Source of the DNA: Streptosporangiaceae bacterium
GTDB taxonomy: Bacteria > Actinomycetota > Actinomycetes > Streptosporangiales > Streptosporangiaceae
Length of the DNA stretch: 64,000 nucleotides
Assembly: GCA_035621915.1 (NCBI GenBank)
Contig: DASPWG010000267.1
Span: 415-64,414 of the forward strand
Direction of reading: 5' to 3'
Numbering within the stretch: the stretch's first letter is position 1; the number at the start of each line of letters is the position of its first letter. The notes beneath the pieces are model-generated. The model was not told the origin of the DNA. It ran no database searches and saw only the letters and a list, made by a program, of their open reading frames with translations. The position numbers and the translations under genes are program-made. Shown here piece after piece: positions 1 through 10,505 of the stretch.

Positions 1-1607
1 GCGATCTGCCGCTCAAGCCGGGTTAGCTCTTTCTGCCCGGCGCGCTGCTGTGCCGCGGGCACCGCCGGCCTAGCCGGGCCTGGCGCCGCGGGGTCGTCCG
101 GCTTGGTGGCCTCATCCGCGCGGATGCGCAGGTACTCGTCCACGCCGCCGGGCAGGAACGCCAGCCCCCCTCCGGTCAGCGCGAGATCGCGGTCGGTCAC
201 CCGCTCCAGGAAGTACCGGTCGTGACTGACCACCACGATCGAGCCTGGCCAGCCGTCGAGCAGGTCCTCCAGCTCCGTCAGCGTCTCGATATCCAGGTCG
301 TTGGTGGGCTCGTCCAGCAGGAGCACGTTCGGCTCCGCCAGCAGGAGCATCATCAGCTGGAGCCGCCGCCGTTCCCCGCCCGAGAGTTCGCCGACCCTGG
401 TCCACTGCCGGTCCGCGCGCAGCCCGAGCCGGTCGAGCAGCTGGCTGACCGACAGCTCCCGCTTGCCGATCCGCGCCATGCTGCGGATCTGCTCTGCAGC
501 CTCGAGTACGCGCAGGTCCGGATCGACCTGCGGCGGCTCCTGAGTCAGGTAGCCAAGCCTGACGGTGCTTCCTGTCACCACATGACCGGTGGTGCGCACC
601 GGCCCGTCATCGGGCACCGGCAGGATGCCTGCCAGCAGCCGCAGCAGCGTGGTCTTGCCTGACCCGTTGACGCCGATGATGCCGACCCGGTCGCCTGGCC
701 CGAGCTGCCAGGTCACCCGGTCCAGCAGGGTGCGCTGGCCCGCGGCGGCGGTCACGTCCTCCAGGTCGATGACCGTCTTGCCGAGCCGCGCCGCGGCCAG
801 CCTGTGCAGCTCTACCTCATCACGCGGCGGCGGCTCGTCGGCGATCAGCGCGGTCGCCGCCTCGATCCGGAATTTGGGCTTGCTCGTCCGCGCTGGCGGT
901 CCGCGCCGCAGCCACGCCAGCTCCTTGCGGAGCAGGTTGCGGCGCCTGGCGTCGGCCGCCGCAGCGATCCTTGCCCGCTCGGCCCTGGCCAGCACGTACG
1001 CGGAGTAGCCGCCGTCGTAGGAGTGCACCTGGCCGTCGGCAACCTCCCAGGTCTGGTCGGTCACCTCGTCCAGGAACCACCTGTCGTGCGTCACCACGAC
1101 CAGGCCGGCGGCGTACTGCTTGAGATACCCGGCCAGCCAGGTGATCGCCTCGATGTCCAGGTGGTTGGTCGGCTCGTCCAGTAGCAGCAGGTCGTATGTG
1201 CGGCGCAGCAACGCCGCCAGCGCGGTCCGCCGCCGCTCACCGCCGGACAGCTGGCGGACGTTTGCGCTGAAGTCCAGGCCGCCGAGCAGGGCCGCGATGA
1301 CCGAGCGGCTCCTGGCATCGGCGGCCCATTCGTGCTCGGGAGTCGAGCCGAACGCCACCTCGCCGACGGTGCCGGCCAGCTGCTCGGCCTGCGGCAGATA
1401 GCCAACGGAGGCGTGCCGCGCCCTGGTGGCGCGACCGGAGTCCAGGTTGCCAGCGCCCGCCAGCGCGGCGAGCAGGGTGCTCTTCCCCGCCCCGTTGCGG
1501 CCCACGACGCCGATCCGCTGGCCGGCCGCGACTCCAAGCGAGACCTGGTCGAGCAGCACATGCTCGTGGTAGGCCTTGGCCGCCAGCTCAAGGTTCACCA
1601 GGTTCAT
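1..1607 (-). CDS. ABC-F family ATPase (two ABC cassettes, no TM domain); C-terminus cut by the window edge
   Basis: Absent from the ORF track because it runs off the window. My reverse-complement translation from the ATG at 1607-1605 gives MNLVNLELAAKAYHEHVLLDQVSLGVAAGQRIGVVGRNGAGKSTLL (Walker A). It also gives LSGGERRR...LLLLDEPTNHLD near 1160-1260 and a second LSGGERRR...LLLDEPTNDLD near 300-390. The start overlaps the ispE stop (ATGA). Confidence 0.85.
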   Translation of the reverse strand, partial: MNLVNLELAAKAYHEHVLLDQVSLGVAAGQRIGVVGRNGAGKSTLLAALAGAGNLDSGRATRARHASVGYLPQAEQLAGTVGEVAFGSTPEHEWAADARSRSVIAALLGGLDFSANVRQLSGGERRRTALAALLRRTYDLLLLDEPTNHLDIEAITWLAGYLKQYAAGLVVVTHDRWFLDEVTDQTWEVADGQVHSYDGGYSAYVLARAERARIAAAADARRRNLLRKELAWLRRGPPARTSKPKFRIEAATALIADEPPPRDEVELHRLAAARLGKTVIDLEDVTAAAGQRTLLDRVTWQLGPGDRVGIIGVNGSGKTTLLRLLAGILPVPDDGPVRTTGHVVTGSTVRLGYLTQEPPQVDPDLRVLEAAEQIRSMARIGKRELSVSQLLDRLGLRADRQWTRVGELSGGERRRLQLMMLLLAEPNVLLLDEPTNDLDIETLTELEDLLDGWPGSIVVVSHDRYFLERVTDRDLALTGGGLAFLPGGVDEYLRIRADEATKPDDPAAPGPARPAVPAAQQRAGQKELTRLERQI

Positions 1608-2572
1608 GGTGCGCGGCCCGGTTTGACCAGGGTCGCACCAGGCGCTGGCCCGCTAGCCCTGGCCACGGCCCGGCACACGCCCGCGCCGGTCAGCGCCACC
1701 GCGATCTCCCGCGCATGCGCAGCGTCCTTTGCCAGGAACGCGCACGTCGGACCGGAGCCGGACACGATCGCGCCAAGCGCACCGTACTCGCGGCCAGCCG
1801 CAAGCGTCCGGCGCAGTTCAGGTTGCAGCGACAGCGCGGCGGCCTGCAGGTCGTTGCTGAGAAGCGGGCCCACGGCGGCCGGGTCACCAGACCGCAGCGC
1901 TGCCATGAGCTCCCGGCCGAGGGCAGGCTCGGGGACGGCCGGGGGCCGTCCGCCCGCCGGGGCGCGGGCAGCCCGCAGCCGGTCGCATGCCGCATAGACG
2001 TCGGCCGTGGACAGGCCGTCCGCCGCGAAGGCAAGTGCCCAGTGGTAATTGCCCGCGGCCAGCGCCCTGGTCAGGTCCTCGCCCCGGCTTCGCCCGACAG
2101 CTGTACCGCCGAGCAGGGCGAACGGGACGTCGCTGCCTAGCCCGGCGCCGATCTGGCGCAGTTCGTCGGCCGACAGCCCGGCCTGCCACAGCTCGTTGCA
2201 CGCCACCAGCGCGGCCGCCGCGTCCGCGCTCCCGCCCGCCAGGCCCGCTGCTACCGGGATCCGCTTGCTGATCGCGATCCGCACCGCGGCATCACGCTGC
2301 CTGATGCCCGCCGCGGAGGCGAGGGCGGCCGCCGCCAGCCAGGCCAGGTTTGTCTTGTCGGTGGGCACGGCAGCCGCGGCGTCGCCTGTCACGACCAGCG
2401 ACGTGCGGCCCGCCCTTTCCACAGTGACTTCGTCGAACAGCGTGACGGCGTGGAAGACGGTCACCAGGGAGTGGAAGCCGTCGGCCCGGGCGGGCCCGAC
2501 GGCCAGCTGGAGATTCACCTTCGCCGGCACGCGGGCGGTGACGGCCGCAGCGGGCTCGGTTACGGGAGTCAC
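1604..2572 (-). CDS. ispE: 4-diphosphocytidyl-2-C-methyl-D-erythritol kinase
   Basis: 322-aa ORF with an N-terminus (VPAKVNLQLAVGPARADGFHSLVTVFHAV) typical of IspE and a GHMP-kinase motif (PVAAGLAGGSADAAAAL). GTG start. Synteny with rsmA as in other actinobacteria. Confidence 0.9.
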   Translation of the reverse strand: MTPVTEPAAAVTARVPAKVNLQLAVGPARADGFHSLVTVFHAVTLFDEVTVERAGRTSLVVTGDAAAAVPTDKTNLAWLAAAALASAAGIRQRDAAVRIAISKRIPVAAGLAGGSADAAAALVACNELWQAGLSADELRQIGAGLGSDVPFALLGGTAVGRSRGEDLTRALAAGNYHWALAFAADGLSTADVYAACDRLRAARAPAGGRPPAVPEPALGRELMAALRSGDPAAVGPLLSNDLQAAALSLQPELRRTLAAGREYGALGAIVSGSGPTCAFLAKDAAHAREIAVALTGAGVCRAVARASGPAPGATLVKPGRAP

Positions 2573-2644
2573 GATGTGATCATCGTACGCGGATCGTCCG
2601 GCCGCCTAGCCAGCGCGACTTCCGCCGCGCTGTGCTGTCCGGCG

Positions 2645-3547
2645 CTAGCCATCGGCCAGCGCTGCGCGGGCGGCCGCGATCCTGACAAACTCGGTTATCC
2701 CGAGTGCCTCACCCCGCAGCCCGGCGTCGACGCCAGCCCGGCCCAGGATCTGTTCGGCGGCAGCGGGCGATCCCGCCCAGGCCGCCAGCGCCGACCGCAG
2801 CGTCTTGCGGCGCTGCGAGAAGGCCGCGTCGATGACCGCGAAGACTGCCTCGCGGCTGACCAAGCCCGTCCCGTCCGCGGCACCGGGCGGCCCGCCGTCA
2901 GGCGGCTGGTACCTGGTTAGCCCGACCAGCCCGGAATCCACCCGCGGAACGGGCCAGAAGACACTGCGCGGCACTGAGCCGGCCTTCCGCGCCTGCCCGA
3001 ACCAGGCCAGCTTCGCCGACGGCACCCCGTAGACACGGCTGCCTGGTGGCGCGGACATCCGGTCCGCGACCTCGGCCTGCACCATCACCAGCGCGCGGGT
3101 CAGGGACGGCACGGTCGCGAGCAGGTGCAGCACCACGGGCACCGCGGCGTTGTAGGGCAGGTTCGCCACCAGCGCGGTGGGCGGGTCGCCGGGCAGCCCG
3201 GTGACCCTGGCCGCGTCGGCAGTCACCACCTCCAGCTTGCCGGCCAGCCACGGGGCGCGGTCGGCGACTGTCACCGGCAGCTGGCCGGCCAGCACCGGGT
3301 CTACCTCGATGGCCAGGACCCGGCCCGCGGCGTCCAGCAGCGGCAGGGTCAGCGAGCCGAACCCCGGGCCGACCTCGAGCACCACGTCCTGCGGGCCGAC
3401 TCCCGCCAGTGCGGTGATGCGGGTTACCGTGCCGGCGTCGACGACGAAGTTCTGCCCGAGTCGCTTGGAAGGCCGCAGGTCCAGGCGCGCGGCAAGGTCC
3501 CTGACCTCGGTCGGCCCAAGCAGCTGCGCGGGGCTCAGGCTCGTCAC
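2645..3547 (-). CDS. rsmA: 16S rRNA (adenine1518/1519-N6)-dimethyltransferase
   Basis: The ORF contains [15 protein letters not shown] and [11 protein letters not shown] (SAM motif) and NLPYN. I place the start at the GTG at 3547, which overlaps the tatD stop (GTGA). The longer 402-aa ORF would overlap tatD. Confidence 0.88.
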   Translation of the reverse strand: MTSLSPAQLLGPTEVRDLAARLDLRPSKRLGQNFVVDAGTVTRITALAGVGPQDVVLEVGPGFGSLTLPLLDAAGRVLAIEVDPVLAGQLPVTVADRAPWLAGKLEVVTADAARVTGLPGDPPTALVANLPYNAAVPVVLHLLATVPSLTRALVMVQAEVADRMSAPPGSRVYGVPSAKLAWFGQARKAGSVPRSVFWPVPRVDSGLVGLTRYQPPDGGPPGAADGTGLVSREAVFAVIDAAFSQRRKTLRSALAAWAGSPAAAEQILGRAGVDAGLRGEALGITEFVRIAAARAALADG

Positions 3548-4491
3548 GGCCCGCTGTGCTTGCCCTCGGGCCGCCCCGAGGGCGGCCCGAAGATGCGCTC
3601 GCCGTTCGCCTCGATGACTGCGCACAGCTTCGCCACGTCCATCTGCCGCGCCGCGGCCAGGGCGCGCACGGTGTTGGCCACCTGGGCCGGAGAGTTGGAC
3701 CTGCCGCGATTCGGCGACGGCGTCAGGAACGGAGCGTCGGTCTCGGCCAATATGAGCTCGGCCGGGATGACGGCGGCGGCTTCCCTGAGGGCGTGCGCGT
3801 TCCCGAAAGTCACGGTGCCCGCGAAGCTGAGAACGTAGCCGACGGCTGCGCACTGGCCAGCCAGCTCGGCGTCGCCCGAGTAGCAGTGGAAGATGACCTG
3901 CTCGGGCGCGCCGTCCGCGGCCAGGATGGCGAGCACGTCCGCGTGCGCGTCCCGGTCGTGGATCATGAGCGGCTTGCCGACCTGCTTGGCGATATCAATG
4001 TGCGCGCGGAACCACTCGCGCTGCAGCTGCGGCGGAGCGTCGTCGCGGTAATAGTCCAGGCCGGTCTCGCCTACGGCGCGGACTTGCGGCAGCGCGGCCA
4101 GCCGTGCGATCTCGGCCAGCACCTCCTGCCGCTCCGCGTCGCCGCGCGCGGCCCTGGCCGTCTCGTTCGGATGGATCGCGACCGCGGCATCTACCCCGGT
4201 GAACGCCGCCGCGCAGTCCGCGGCCCAGCGCGCCGACGGCACGTCGCACCCGACGGTGACGACCCGCGCGATGCCCGCCGCCCGCGCCTGGTCCAGCACA
4301 TCAGCGACCGGCAGGTCGATCAGGTCCAGGTGGCAGTGACTGTCGAGTGCGGTGCCCGGCAGCGGCTCGGGCGCCGGCGCAGGCGGCCTGCCGATGCCAG
4401 GTCCGGGCCCGAAGTCCGCCGCGTGCACCGGCCGGCCTAGCCCCCCGCCGGCCAGCTGCCCGCCGCCGGCCAGCTGTGCCCCGTCGGTCAC
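3544..4491 (-). CDS. tatD: TatD-family metal-dependent hydrolase/DNase
   Basis: LDSHCHLD motif followed by IHPNE...MIHDRDAH...FHCYSG...ETDAPFLTP, the TatD signature. Start set at the GTG at 4491, which overlaps the metG stop (GTGA). The N-terminal ~45 aa is G/P-rich and contains a direct QLAGGG x2 repeat. Confidence 0.85.
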   Translation of the reverse strand: MTDGAQLAGGGQLAGGGLGRPVHAADFGPGPGIGRPPAPAPEPLPGTALDSHCHLDLIDLPVADVLDQARAAGIARVVTVGCDVPSARWAADCAAAFTGVDAAVAIHPNETARAARGDAERQEVLAEIARLAALPQVRAVGETGLDYYRDDAPPQLQREWFRAHIDIAKQVGKPLMIHDRDAHADVLAILAADGAPEQVIFHCYSGDAELAGQCAAVGYVLSFAGTVTFGNAHALREAAAVIPAELILAETDAPFLTPSPNRGRSNSPAQVANTVRALAAARQMDVAKLCAVIEANGERIFGPPSGRPEGKHSGP

Positions 4492-6281
4492 CTGCCCCCC
4501 AGCCGGTCCAGTTCCTCGTCGACGACGGCGGGATCGAGCTTGGCGAACAGCGGCGAGGGCGGGGCCAGCGGCGTCCCTGGCCGGATCGGCGCGGATTCCC
4601 ACCGCGCGGCGGCGGCGGCGTAGTCCCCGGTGACGACCGGGTATGCCGGGTCCCCGTCCTCGGCCACCTCGTCGATCCTGGGCATGCCCGACCAGGTGCC
4701 GTTTCCCCCGAGCATCTCGAATACCTGCTGCGACGACCGCGGCAGGAACGGGGTCAGGAGCGTCTTGCCGTCGTCCACCAGCTGGAGCGCCACGTGGCAG
4801 ATCGTCCGCATCCGCTCGGGATCGGACTCCCGCAGCTTCCACGGAGCCTCGTCGGAGAGGTACTTGTTCGCCTCGGCGAGGGTGCGCATCACCTCGGTGC
4901 TGGCGGCCTTGAACCGGCAGCGGCCGAGCGACTCGCCGACCGACGCGAACGCCGCCCTCGAGCGGTCAAGCAGCGCCTGGTCGGTCGGCGTCAGCGCCCC
5001 GGCGGCCGGGATCTCGCCGATGTTGCGGGCGGCGAAGGAGACGGTGCGGTTTACCAGGTTGCCCCAGTTGGCTACCAGCTCGTCGTTGTTGCGCCGGACG
5101 AACTCGCTCCAGGTGAAATCGGTGTCCTGGCTCTCCGGGCCGGCTACCGCGACGTAATAGCGCAGCGCGTCCACGTCGTAGCGGGACAGGAAGTCGCGCA
5201 CGTAGATCACGACCGAGCGGGACGAGGAGAACTTCCTGCCCTCCATGGTCAGGAACTCACTCGACACCACCTCCGACGGCAGGTCGAGCGCGCCGAGCGA
5301 GCCGGGCGTGCCGCCGCGCGCGCCCTGGCCGCTGTAGCCGAGCAGCATGGCGGGCCAGATCTCGGCGTGGAAGACGATGTTGTCCTTGCCCATGAAGTAG
5401 TACGACTCGGCCTGCGGCGACTGCCACCAGGCCCGCCACGCGTCCGGGTCGCCGGACCGCCTGGCCCACTCAATCGAGGCCGACAGGTAGCCGATCACCG
5501 CGTCGAACCACACGTAGATGCGCTTGTCCGGCAGGTCGCGCCAGCCGTCGAGGGGGATCGGCACGCCCCAGTCCAGGTCGCGGGTGATCGCGCGCGGCTG
5601 GAGCTCGCCGAGCAGGTTCAGGGAGAACTTCAGCACGTTCGGCCGCCACTGGCCGCTCTTGCTCTGCAGCCAGGTGCCGAGCGCGTCAGCGAACGCCGGC
5701 AGGTCGAGGAAGAACTGCTCGGTCTCCACGAACGCGGGCGTCTCGCCATTGATCTTCGATCGCGGGTTGATCAGGTCGACCGGGTCGAGCTGGTTGCCGC
5801 AGTTGTCGCACTGGTCACCGCGCGCCCCGTCGAACCCGCAGATCGGGCAGGTGCCCTCGATGTAACGGTCGGGCAGCGTCCGGCCGGTGGACGGCGAGAC
5901 CGCGCCGAGCGACTTGCGCGGGAAGATGTAGCCGTTGGCGTACAGGCCCAGGAACATCTCCTGCACCACCGAGTAGTGGTTGCGCGTGGTCGTCCTGGTG
6001 AACAGGTCGTAGGACATGTCCAGCCCGTACAGGTCCTCGGCGATCACCCGGTTGTAGCGGTCGGCAAGCTCGCGCGCGGTGACGCCCTCAGCGTCGGCCT
6101 GCACCTGGATCGGCGTGCCGTGCTCGTCGGTACCGCTCACCATGAGCACCGGATTGCCCTGCATTCGCTGGAACCTGGCGAACATGTCACACGGCAGGCC
6201 GAAGCCGGAGACGTGACCGATGTGACGGGGGCCGTTGGCGTAGGGCCACGCGGCGCACGCGAGGATGTGGCGGCTGGTCAT
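4488..6281 (-). CDS. metG: methionine--tRNA ligase
   Basis: 597-aa ORF with [15 protein letters not shown] (HIGH-type), a zinc knuckle (CPICG...CDNCG) and the MetRS KMSKS-region equivalent (KFSSSRS). Confidence 0.95.
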   Translation of the reverse strand: MTSRHILACAAWPYANGPRHIGHVSGFGLPCDMFARFQRMQGNPVLMVSGTDEHGTPIQVQADAEGVTARELADRYNRVIAEDLYGLDMSYDLFTRTTTRNHYSVVQEMFLGLYANGYIFPRKSLGAVSPSTGRTLPDRYIEGTCPICGFDGARGDQCDNCGNQLDPVDLINPRSKINGETPAFVETEQFFLDLPAFADALGTWLQSKSGQWRPNVLKFSLNLLGELQPRAITRDLDWGVPIPLDGWRDLPDKRIYVWFDAVIGYLSASIEWARRSGDPDAWRAWWQSPQAESYYFMGKDNIVFHAEIWPAMLLGYSGQGARGGTPGSLGALDLPSEVVSSEFLTMEGRKFSSSRSVVIYVRDFLSRYDVDALRYYVAVAGPESQDTDFTWSEFVRRNNDELVANWGNLVNRTVSFAARNIGEIPAAGALTPTDQALLDRSRAAFASVGESLGRCRFKAASTEVMRTLAEANKYLSDEAPWKLRESDPERMRTICHVALQLVDDGKTLLTPFLPRSSQQVFEMLGGNGTWSGMPRIDEVAEDGDPAYPVVTGDYAAAAARWESAPIRPGTPLAPPSPLFAKLDPAVVDEELDRLGGR

Positions 6282-6338
6282 AGCTACTCAGCCTAGGGGG
6301 TGCCGGGGCGCACCCACGTTCGCGACGGCCGCACCGCG

Positions 6339-7148
6339 TCACTGCCAGGTGACGCGCATCCCGTTCTGCCACGTTTCCAGCACCGCGCTGTCTCCGCTGA
6401 CCTGCACGCCCGCCGCTGACGCCTCCGCCCGGTTCCACAGCAGCAGGTAAAGGCCGGGTGCTGGGCCGGCCAGCGTGCACTGCGCCGGGCCAGATGGGGC
6501 CAGGCCGCCGCCGCGCCGCACGGTGGCGGCCAGCTTGCCGTCGGCGGTGAGGTCGAGCACCCAGCTGGCCCCGGTGTCGGTGGCCTGGACGAGCAGCGCC
6601 TGCCGCCCGCCCGCCTGCTGCTCCGCAGAAAGATCTTCGGCGTCCCTGCCGAAGAAGCCCATGATCAGCTCGTCGATTCCGTCGCTGGCGAATTCAGCGG
6701 GAAACGGGATGGGATCACCGCTGGCCAGTTCCGCATCGACGCGGTGGATGGCCGTCTCGTGCGCCTGGCGGCGCGCCCAGAACGCCAGCGGGGACGGCGC
6801 GTCCAGGAACGTCCAGCACGTCATGGCCGGGTCGGCCATACTCAGCGCCGCGACCAGCGCGGCATGGCCGGCCCGGAACCAGTCAACGAGTTCGCCGTCA
6901 GGCGGGCCGCCCTGGAGTATCTCCGATTCGTGCGGCCGCCCGCGCAGTCGTTCCTTGCGCTGCTCGACGACGTAGCCGGCGGCCCACCTGTGCACGTAGC
7001 TGATATGCCTCAGCAGGTCCTTGACCTGCCAGGACGGGCAGGACGGTATTTTTGCGTCGAGCCCGGCCCGCTCGGCCGCCGCGGCCAGCAGTTCGCCGTC
7101 GCGCTGCAGCGCCGCTATGTGCTCGCTGGTCTCCATGCCAGTCATCAT
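6339..7148 (-). CDS. maleylpyruvate isomerase-family mycothiol-dependent (DinB-like) protein
   Basis: The N-terminus (AALQRDGELLAAAAERAGLDAKIPSCPSWQVKDLLRHISYVHRW) resembles the actinobacterial MDMPI_N/TIGR03083 domain. Recognised by pattern only. Confidence 0.65.
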   Translation of the reverse strand: MMTGMETSEHIAALQRDGELLAAAAERAGLDAKIPSCPSWQVKDLLRHISYVHRWAAGYVVEQRKERLRGRPHESEILQGGPPDGELVDWFRAGHAALVAALSMADPAMTCWTFLDAPSPLAFWARRQAHETAIHRVDAELASGDPIPFPAEFASDGIDELIMGFFGRDAEDLSAEQQAGGRQALLVQATDTGASWVLDLTADGKLAATVRRGGGLAPSGPAQCTLAGPAPGLYLLLWNRAEASAAGVQVSGDSAVLETWQNGMRVTWQ

Positions 7149-7256
7149 GACCGACCGCCGTCAGTGCGCGCACCGGCATAAAGCCGACACCCTGTCAGTT
7201 TCAGTCATGACCACGTCCGGTATCTCCCGGTTTGCGCGACTGAAACTGCCAGGATG

Positions 7257-8117
7257 TCAGCGGTCTGCCGCCATCACCGCGTTGTAGAGCTCGCGCCTGG
7301 AGATCCGAAGCTCGGCTGCGACGGTCGCGATCGCGGTCCGGCGCTGCTCGCCACCGCTGACCAGGTCCGCCACCTGGCGGACCGCGACCTCGATCGGGAC
7401 CGGCGCCTGTTCTGGTGCCCCGGCGACGACGAGCGTCACCTCGCCGAGAACGCCGTCCGCCGCCCACTGCGCCAGGTCGGCCAGGGTGCCCCTCCTGACC
7501 TCCTCGTGGGTCTTGGTCAGCTCACGGCAGACCGCCGCCCGGCGCTCCGGGCCGAAAGCCTGGCTCAGCTCGGCCAGGATGGTACCCACCCGCCGCGGCG
7601 ACTCGAAGAGCACGAGGGTGCGGCGCTCGGCCGCAAGCTCGGCGAGCCTGCGCGCCCGGTCGCCAGCCCGCCTGGGCAGGAACCCCTCAAACGCGAACCG
7701 GTCCGTCGGCAGGCCGGATACCGCCAGCGCCGCCGTCACCGCCGACGGCCCTGGCAGCACGGTAACCCGCAGGCCAGCCTGCGCAGCCGCCGCTACTAGC
7801 CGGTAGCCAGGGTCGCTGACGCCGGGCATCCCGGCGTCGGTGACAAGCAGGACATCCCGGCCAGCCTGTAGTTCGGCGAGGAGGGCTGGCACCCGCCGCG
7901 CTTCGACGTCGTCGTAGTAGGACACCAGGCGGCCGGCAATCTCGACGCCAAGTTCGGCCGCGAGCCGTCGCACCCGGCGGGTGTCCTCCGCGGCGATGAT
8001 GGGCGCATCGCGCAGCGCCGGGCCGAGCCGCGCTGAGGCGTCGGCCGGCCGGCCAATCGGAGCGGCCGCGACCGTCAGCGTGCCACCCGCGCCCGCTGAC
8101 TGTGGCTCCGGGCCCAC
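7257..8117 (-). CDS. rsmI: 16S rRNA (cytidine1402-2'-O)-methyltransferase
   Basis: GTLTVAAAPIG...AEDTRR...LVTDAGMPGVSDPGYRLV...VLPGPSAV...FEGFLPRR...LFESPRR are RsmI tetrapyrrole-methylase-fold motifs. I prefer the GTG at 8117 (287 codons). The longest ORF reaches 8426, but it crosses an 18-bp repeat and a low-GC3 stretch. Confidence 0.8.
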   Translation of the reverse strand: MGPEPQSAGAGGTLTVAAAPIGRPADASARLGPALRDAPIIAAEDTRRVRRLAAELGVEIAGRLVSYYDDVEARRVPALLAELQAGRDVLLVTDAGMPGVSDPGYRLVAAAAQAGLRVTVLPGPSAVTAALAVSGLPTDRFAFEGFLPRRAGDRARRLAELAAERRTLVLFESPRRVGTILAELSQAFGPERRAAVCRELTKTHEEVRRGTLADLAQWAADGVLGEVTLVVAGAPEQAPVPIEVAVRQVADLVSGGEQRRTAIATVAAELRISRRELYNAVMAADR

Positions 8118-8142
8118 CGCGACCTCCGGGGCCGCCGCCGCT

Positions 8143-8250
8143 GAGCCCGCGACAGCACCCGAGCCCCCGACATCACCCGGAGCCGCGACAGCACCCGAGC
8201 CCGCGACAGCACCCCAGCCCGCCGCGCCAGGCGAGCCCGCGACAGCACCC
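8143..8250. repeat. imperfect tandem 18-bp repeat, about 6 units (core CCGCGACAGCACCC)
   Basis: The core occurs at 8147, 8183, 8201 and 8237, with degenerate units between. On the minus strand the repeat stays in frame as (GSGAVA)n. It lies between the conserved RsmI core and the pmt start. Confidence 0.7.
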
Positions 8251-8434
8251 GAGCCCGCCGCGACCTGTGTGCCCCGCGCACGACCCGCACCAGGCGCGGC
8301 AATATGGGCCGCCGCGTCTTCATCGGCGGCGTAGCCGTCACCTCGCGCTATAGGGGGATAAGCTGCGCGTTCGTCTTTCGCTTGTTCCATTTCCAGGCCC
8401 AGGTTAGTGGCGCACGCCCCTAACATGGCTGTCG

Positions 8435-10105
8435 ATGAAGGCTTACGAGAGTCTCCCCGCGTCCGACCTGGCGGACGCCGATACGGGACCGCTGCGCCCG
8501 GTCGGCCGGCGGACCTTCGGCGGGCTGTCCGGCACGTCGCTGTGGCTCAGCAGTTCCTTCTGGGGCTGGGCGGGACCGACGCTGATCATGATCTTTGGCG
8601 GCTTCCTGCGGTTCTACCGGCTGAGCCAGCCGGACGCGGTGGTCTTCGACGAGACCTATTACGTGCCGGACTCCAACTCGATCCTGCATCACGGCGTGGA
8701 ACTTGAGCACGTCTCGAACGTCAACAAGCTGCTGGTCGAGGGCAACCCGAACTTCCTGGTACGCGGCACGACCGCGGCACAGTGCGCGCCGCTCAAGGTG
8801 CCCTGCTACCTCGGCGAGGTCGTCGCGCACCCGCCGCTCGGCAAGATCATGATGGCCGTCGGGCAGTGGACGTTTGGGCTCACCCCGTTCGGCTGGCGGT
8901 TCACTGTGGCCGTGCTGGGCACCGTCTCGATCCTCATGCTGGCCCGGATCACCCGGCGGATGACCGGATCGACCATGCTCGGCTGCGTGGCCGGCCTGCT
9001 GATGGCGCTGGACGGGCTGGAGATCGTGCTGAGCCGCACCGCCATTCTCGACATCATCCTGATGTTCTGGATCCTCGCCGCGTTTGGCCTGCTGGTAATC
9101 GACCGGGACCGGACCAGAGCCAGGCTGGAAGCGGCGGCCACCGCGGGCTCCCGGCTGTCTGGCGGGCCGGACCTGGGCATTCGCTGGTTGCGGGTGGCTG
9201 CCGGGCTGTGCATCGGCGCGGCCGTAGCCAGCAAGTGGAACGGGCTGTGGTTCCTATTCGCCTTCGCCGCCCTGGCCCTGGCCTGGGACCTTGGCCTGCG
9301 CCGGGCAGCCGGCTTCGAGGACTGGCTGCCTGGCGGGCTGCGCAGTGAGGTCAAGTGGATGCCGGTGTGGTTCGGCCTGGCCCCGCTGGCCGTCTATGTC
9401 GCCTCGTGGAGCGGATGGTTCGCGACCGACGACGGCTACGACCGGAACTGGGCGGCGCAGCACGGCAACCACACGCCCATCTGGTCCGCGATCGACTCCT
9501 GGTACCAGTACAACCACTGGATGCTCCAGTTCGGGCTGGGCCTGACCGCCTACCAGTCCTACCGCTCCAATCCGGTGGGCTGGCTGGTACTGGCCAGGCC
9601 GATCTCGTTCTACTGGGCGGAGCCTGCCTGCACCGCCAAGGGCGGATGCGCCGCCGAGGTGCTGGCCATCGGCACGCCGCTCATCTGGTGGGGCGGCACG
9701 CTCGCGCTGCTGTTCTGCCTGTTCTGGTGGCTCAGCGGCCTCATCGGCGACCTGGTCTTCGGCCGGACGCCCAGGCGGGACTGGCGGGCCGGCGCGGTGC
9801 TGCTGGGCCTCGCGGCCGGCTGGCTGCCGTGGGTCTGGTACGCCTGGCACGACAACCGCACCGAGTTCTACTACTACGCGATCGCGTTCGAGCCGTTCAT
9901 GCTGATCGCCATCACGCTATGCCTTGGCCTGATCATCGGGCCGTCCCGGGCCGCTCCTGTCCGGCGGGCCCTAGGCTCGCTGGCGGCGGGCTCCTACCTG
10001 GTGGCGGTGTTGCTGAACCTGGCCTACCTGTATCCGATCCTGACAGCCGAGGTGATCCCGTACACCGACTGGCTGTCCCGGATGTGGTTCCATCGCTGGA
10101 TCTAG
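8435..10105 (+). CDS. pmt: dolichyl/polyprenyl-phosphate-mannose--protein mannosyltransferase (GT39, Pmt)
   Basis: 556-aa polytopic ORF. FLRFYRLSQPDAVVFDETYYV contains the DE motif of the GT39 first loop. Divergent from rsmI, as in mycobacteria. Confidence 0.85.
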   Translation: MKAYESLPASDLADADTGPLRPVGRRTFGGLSGTSLWLSSSFWGWAGPTLIMIFGGFLRFYRLSQPDAVVFDETYYVPDSNSILHHGVELEHVSNVNKLLVEGNPNFLVRGTTAAQCAPLKVPCYLGEVVAHPPLGKIMMAVGQWTFGLTPFGWRFTVAVLGTVSILMLARITRRMTGSTMLGCVAGLLMALDGLEIVLSRTAILDIILMFWILAAFGLLVIDRDRTRARLEAAATAGSRLSGGPDLGIRWLRVAAGLCIGAAVASKWNGLWFLFAFAALALAWDLGLRRAAGFEDWLPGGLRSEVKWMPVWFGLAPLAVYVASWSGWFATDDGYDRNWAAQHGNHTPIWSAIDSWYQYNHWMLQFGLGLTAYQSYRSNPVGWLVLARPISFYWAEPACTAKGGCAAEVLAIGTPLIWWGGTLALLFCLFWWLSGLIGDLVFGRTPRRDWRAGAVLLGLAAGWLPWVWYAWHDNRTEFYYYAIAFEPFMLIAITLCLGLIIGPSRAAPVRRALGSLAAGSYLVAVLLNLAYLYPILTAEVIPYTDWLSRMWFHRWI

Positions 10106-10505
10106 GCAGGCTCCCCTGGATCCTTGTCGGATATTCCCGACGTCGGCCGGGATTACCCTGCCGGCCTTCCCGGCACCGCGAGACAGCGCAAGCAGCCCGC
10201 GGCAAGCCGCTTAGCGCAGGCGATTCCGGCCCTGAGCAGACCGCCGGGCAGGGAAGGTCATCAACGCGCCTCGCATCGGCTCGCTGCGAGCGGCCGTTAT
10301 CGTGATGACCCATGCTATTCGTCGCAAGTCCGGCTGCCGGGGCCGCCGTGCGCAACGCCGGATTCGGCCGTTCTCCAACTCGATTTAGCCGTGTCTAGCT
10401 GCACATACTCCGTTGCGTAGTGGCTCTGTTACCCAGATCACGCATCGGGTTACGCGTCAGTTACGTCTTAGGGATATCGATTGCACCGAGAGGAGCGAGG
10501 CAGCC

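Noticed and set aside
3548-3853. N-terminal extensions of the longest ORFs for rsmA (to 3853), tatD (to 4842), pyrE (from 42912), purA (from 45482), purB (from 49260), murA (from 50903), the SDR (to 17095), alaX (to 61937) and the XRE regulator (to 63003)
   Set aside because: The extensions overlap the upstream gene or have R/P-rich non-homologous sequence. Internal ATG/GTG starts give canonical N-termini and, in several cases, 4-nt coupling overlaps.
4347-6296. 649-aa plus-strand ORF antisense to metG
   Set aside because: It is a shadow ORF typical of high-GC DNA. Its composition is R/G/P/A-rich with no motifs, and the opposite strand encodes an unmistakable MetRS.
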